From Octopus sinensis (lineage: Eukaryota), in contig NW_021826954.1 of NCBI RefSeq assembly GCF_006345805.1, positions 1-11,220 on the forward strand: a stretch of DNA of 11,220 nucleotides, read 5' to 3'. Shown here one piece after another: positions 8,480 to 11,220 of the stretch (positions are counted from its first letter, which is position 1; the number at the start of each line of letters is the position of its first letter). Position numbers and translations under genes: made by a program. The notes beneath the pieces are model-generated. The model had not been told where the DNA came from, searched no databases, and worked only from the letters and a program-made list of their open reading frames with translations.

Positions 8480-9085
8480 CATACATACATACATACATAC
8501 ATAAATACATACATACATACATGCATACATGCATACATACATAAATACATACATACATACATGCATACATACATACATAAATACATACATACATACATGC
8601 AAGCATGCATGCATACATACATACATACAACATTACATACATACATACATAAATACATACATACATACATAAATGCATACATACATAAATAAATAAATAC
8701 ATACACTACATAACATGCAGCATGCTTGCATACATACATACATACATACATTAGATACATACATAAATACATACATACATACATACAATCATTACATACT
8801 ACATAAAATATCATACATACATACATACATGCAAGCATGCATGCATAAATATCACATACATACATACAACATGCATGCCATACATACAAAATACTACATA
8901 CATACATACATACATACCATACATAGTACATACATAAATACATAATACATACATACATGCATACTACATACATAAATACATAACTACTACATACATGCAA
9001 GCATGCATGCATACATACATAAATACATACATAAGGCATGCATACATACAAACATACATACATACATACATACATACATAAAACA
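8480..9085. repeat. (CATA)n microsatellite, increasingly degenerate to the right
   Basis: Directly visible. It generates the MYVC/HTYI ORFs. The variant GCAAGCATGCATGC recurs at 8599, 8831 and 8997. Confidence 0.95.
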
Positions 9086-9089
9086 TACA

Positions 9090-9173
9090 ATTTATCTTAT
9101 ATTAAATTTTATACTTTTTGATAGTTATATATATTTAATTTTAAAAATTAATATGTTAAATTAAAAAATAAAA

Positions 9174-9206
<33 letters not shown>

Positions 9207-9370
9207 AATTTATAAATATAAATTTAATATTAAAATTTTTACTTTAAATTTAAATAATTTAAATTTTATATTTTATATATTTTGTATTATTTAATGTTTT
9301 TTAATTCTATGTTTTTGGTTTATGTTTTTCAGTTTGATTTGCCTAATAGTGGTTTATCTCTAATTTAATT

Positions 9371-9411
<41 letters not shown>

Positions 9412-9425
9412 TATATATTATATTA
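9090..9425. repeat. AT-rich low-complexity region with (TA)n runs
   Basis: Almost entirely A/T, with (TA)n at about 9180-9205 and 9375-9420. Confidence 0.85.
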
Positions 9426-9426
9426 T

Positions 9427-10923
9427 GAATAGCAAGCTGAAGAAGAAGAAATGATATGCCCAATACATAAAGGGGGAGTAGAGCAGATGACAAAAGCTAA
9501 AGGCCTATCTCTCTGACTTCACACATCATCAAATTCATGGAACGGATAGTCAGAAAGAAACTAATCGCATTCCTTCAGGAAAATAACTTGATGAGTGATA
9601 CCCAGCATGATTTTCGACCAGGTAGGAGCTGCCTGACCAAGCTCTTACAGCATTATGACTGGGTGTTGAGGCAGTTACTCAACAAATCAAATGTGGACGT
9701 TAATCTACATTGATTTTTCAAAAGCTTTTGACAAGGTGGATCATGGTATGATATGCCACAAACTGCGTGACCTCGGCATAGCTGGAAAACTTGGAGTGTG
9801 GTTACATGACTTCCTGAAAGATAGGAGTCAGGCAGTAGTGGTTAATGGAGCCACCTCTATGAACACACAAATAGTGAGCGGTGTTCCACAGGGCACTGTC
9901 TTGGGACCACTGCTTTTTATAGTGGCCCTCTCAGATATGCCCGGATAGCCACTCTGGCAAGCTATGCAGACGATACGAAATTCTCGCAGAAAAAACAGAA
10001 CCCCAGCGATGTTGCACACCTGCAGCAGGAATTGGACTCAATCTACAGATGGGCTGAAGATAATAATATGCAGCTTAATGCTGAAAAATTCCAGGCCCTG
10101 CGCTACCAGCATCCAAAACTGAATATTAAACTTACAGGATACACCGGTCCACAGGGAATTTCAATCCCAGAGCCTAAGTCTGTGAGGGATCTGGGTATCG
10201 ACATGAGTGATGATACCTCTTTCCAAGTGCACATTACCAGGATTGCGACAAAGTGCAGACGACTGGATGGATGGATCCTAAGAACATTCAGAACCAGAGA
10301 TAAGGAAACGATGTTGGTCCTCTGGCGGACATTCGTCCTCAGCCGCATGGATTACTGCTCACAGCTATGGTCACCCACCAGTGTGAAATTAACAGCGGAC
10401 CTTGAAGCAATCCAGAGAAGATTCACAAAGAGGATCGTCTCTTTGCAACAGCTCAGCTACTGGGAAAGGTTGAAACAGCTAAGACTCTACTCCCTGGAGA
10501 GAAAACGGGAGAGGTATGCAGCAATATATGTTTGGAAGATCCTGGAAGGAATTGTGCCAAATTTTGGCATTGTAAGCTACACCAATACTAGAGCGGGACG
10601 ACACTGCATAGTGCCATCACGCTTCAGGACCAGCTTCTGCAAAAGCCTGGGATTCAAGGGCTCACAACTTTTTAATATTCTCACAAAGAGTCTGAGGAAC
10701 TTGCACAAAGTAGATGTAGCGGTTTTTAAATCAAAGCTGGACATCTTCCTGTCAAGAGTCCCAGATGAACCTACCTCACGGCAAGAGGTGCAAATGAGAG
10801 TAGCTATATCGAACTCCATTCTTCACCAAGTGCCACATATTAGACGAGGTTCTTCGTAAGAACAGTGTAGCACAAAACGGCGATCCATCAGCATGGCCGC
10901 AGCTCTGAGCTGAAACTAGAAAA
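9427..10923 (+). mobile_element. CR1-group LINE, 5'-truncated: reverse-transcriptase pseudogene plus short 3'UTR
   Basis: PIHKGG..RPISLTSHIIKFMERIV, QH.FR.GRSC, YIDFSKAFDKVDH, SGVPQGTVLGPLLF, YADDT (9963-9977), VRDLGI, YCSQLWSP, LYSLER.RER; stop at 10857-10859. Frameshifts near 9475, 9700 and 9940 and a premature TAA near 9500. Flanked by (TA)n. Confidence 0.95.
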
Positions 10924-10968
10924 TATATATATATATATGTATATATATATAAATTTTATTTAATGGTT

Positions 10969-11084
10969 TCTAAGAGATAACACGACGCTGGAAATAGCAG
11001 CCAAAACTTTACTCTAAAACCACATTAATGCGGTTTCAGTGTCAAGTTTTGGGTGCTATTTCTGGCGTGGTGGTATCTCTTAGA
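10969..11084. repeat. 116-bp ungapped imperfect palindrome (foldback/MITE-like)
   Basis: Centred on ATT|AAT at 11026/11027; 49 of 58 arm positions are complementary, with a weaker extension to about 10954-11099. Confidence 0.88.
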
Positions 11085-11220
11085 TACCCTTAATTATAAT
11101 TTCAATAATCAATCATTAACGTTGAGATTTTTATTCCCATGCAAGCCATCGGATAAGATCGATATTTCAGATAATGGTTTTATCCATAAATACATATATA
11201 TACATATATATATATATATA

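Noticed and set aside
7689-9090. MYVC/HTYI/THTH repeat ORFs
   Set aside because: These are translations of (TATG)n, (CATA)n and (CA)n microsatellites.
9691-10859. Functional reverse transcriptase or prokaryotic RT system (retron, DGR, group II intron)
   Set aside because: The motifs are CR1-group LINE, the element is 5'-truncated with frameshifts and a stop, and there is no accessory gene or msr/msd-like context.

Overview
Eukaryotic, AT-rich, repeat-saturated intergenic or intronic DNA with no intact protein-coding gene. Nearly all listed ORFs are microsatellite read-throughs or decayed retrotransposon frames. The SINE and repeat families look like those I recall from octopus (cephalopod) genomes; this is recognition, not a database result. 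Contents: a ~64-bp minisatellite; a 1.7-kb (GGT)n tract; two tRNA-derived SINE families; two RTE/BovB-type fragments; a 5'-truncated R4/Dong-type retrotransposon inside (TAA)n plus a second internal fragment; a MITE with GG termini and an 8-bp TSD; Helitron-like ends; a 5'-truncated CR1-group LINE; and a 116-bp palindrome. Three observations stand out. (1) A decayed retinol-dehydrogenase-like SDR coding remnant (about 8050-8318, minus strand) is missed by the ORF track and partly copied as an inverted repeat. (2) The LINE 3' end and the SINE 3' tails share a motif whose 5-bp stem is kept by compensatory changes, suggesting a LINE-SINE partner pair. (3) Two ~150-160-bp near-identical repeat cores recur ~850-860 bp away inside garbled flanks, which may be gene conversion or an assembly artefact. 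I see no evidence for a new multi-gene system.
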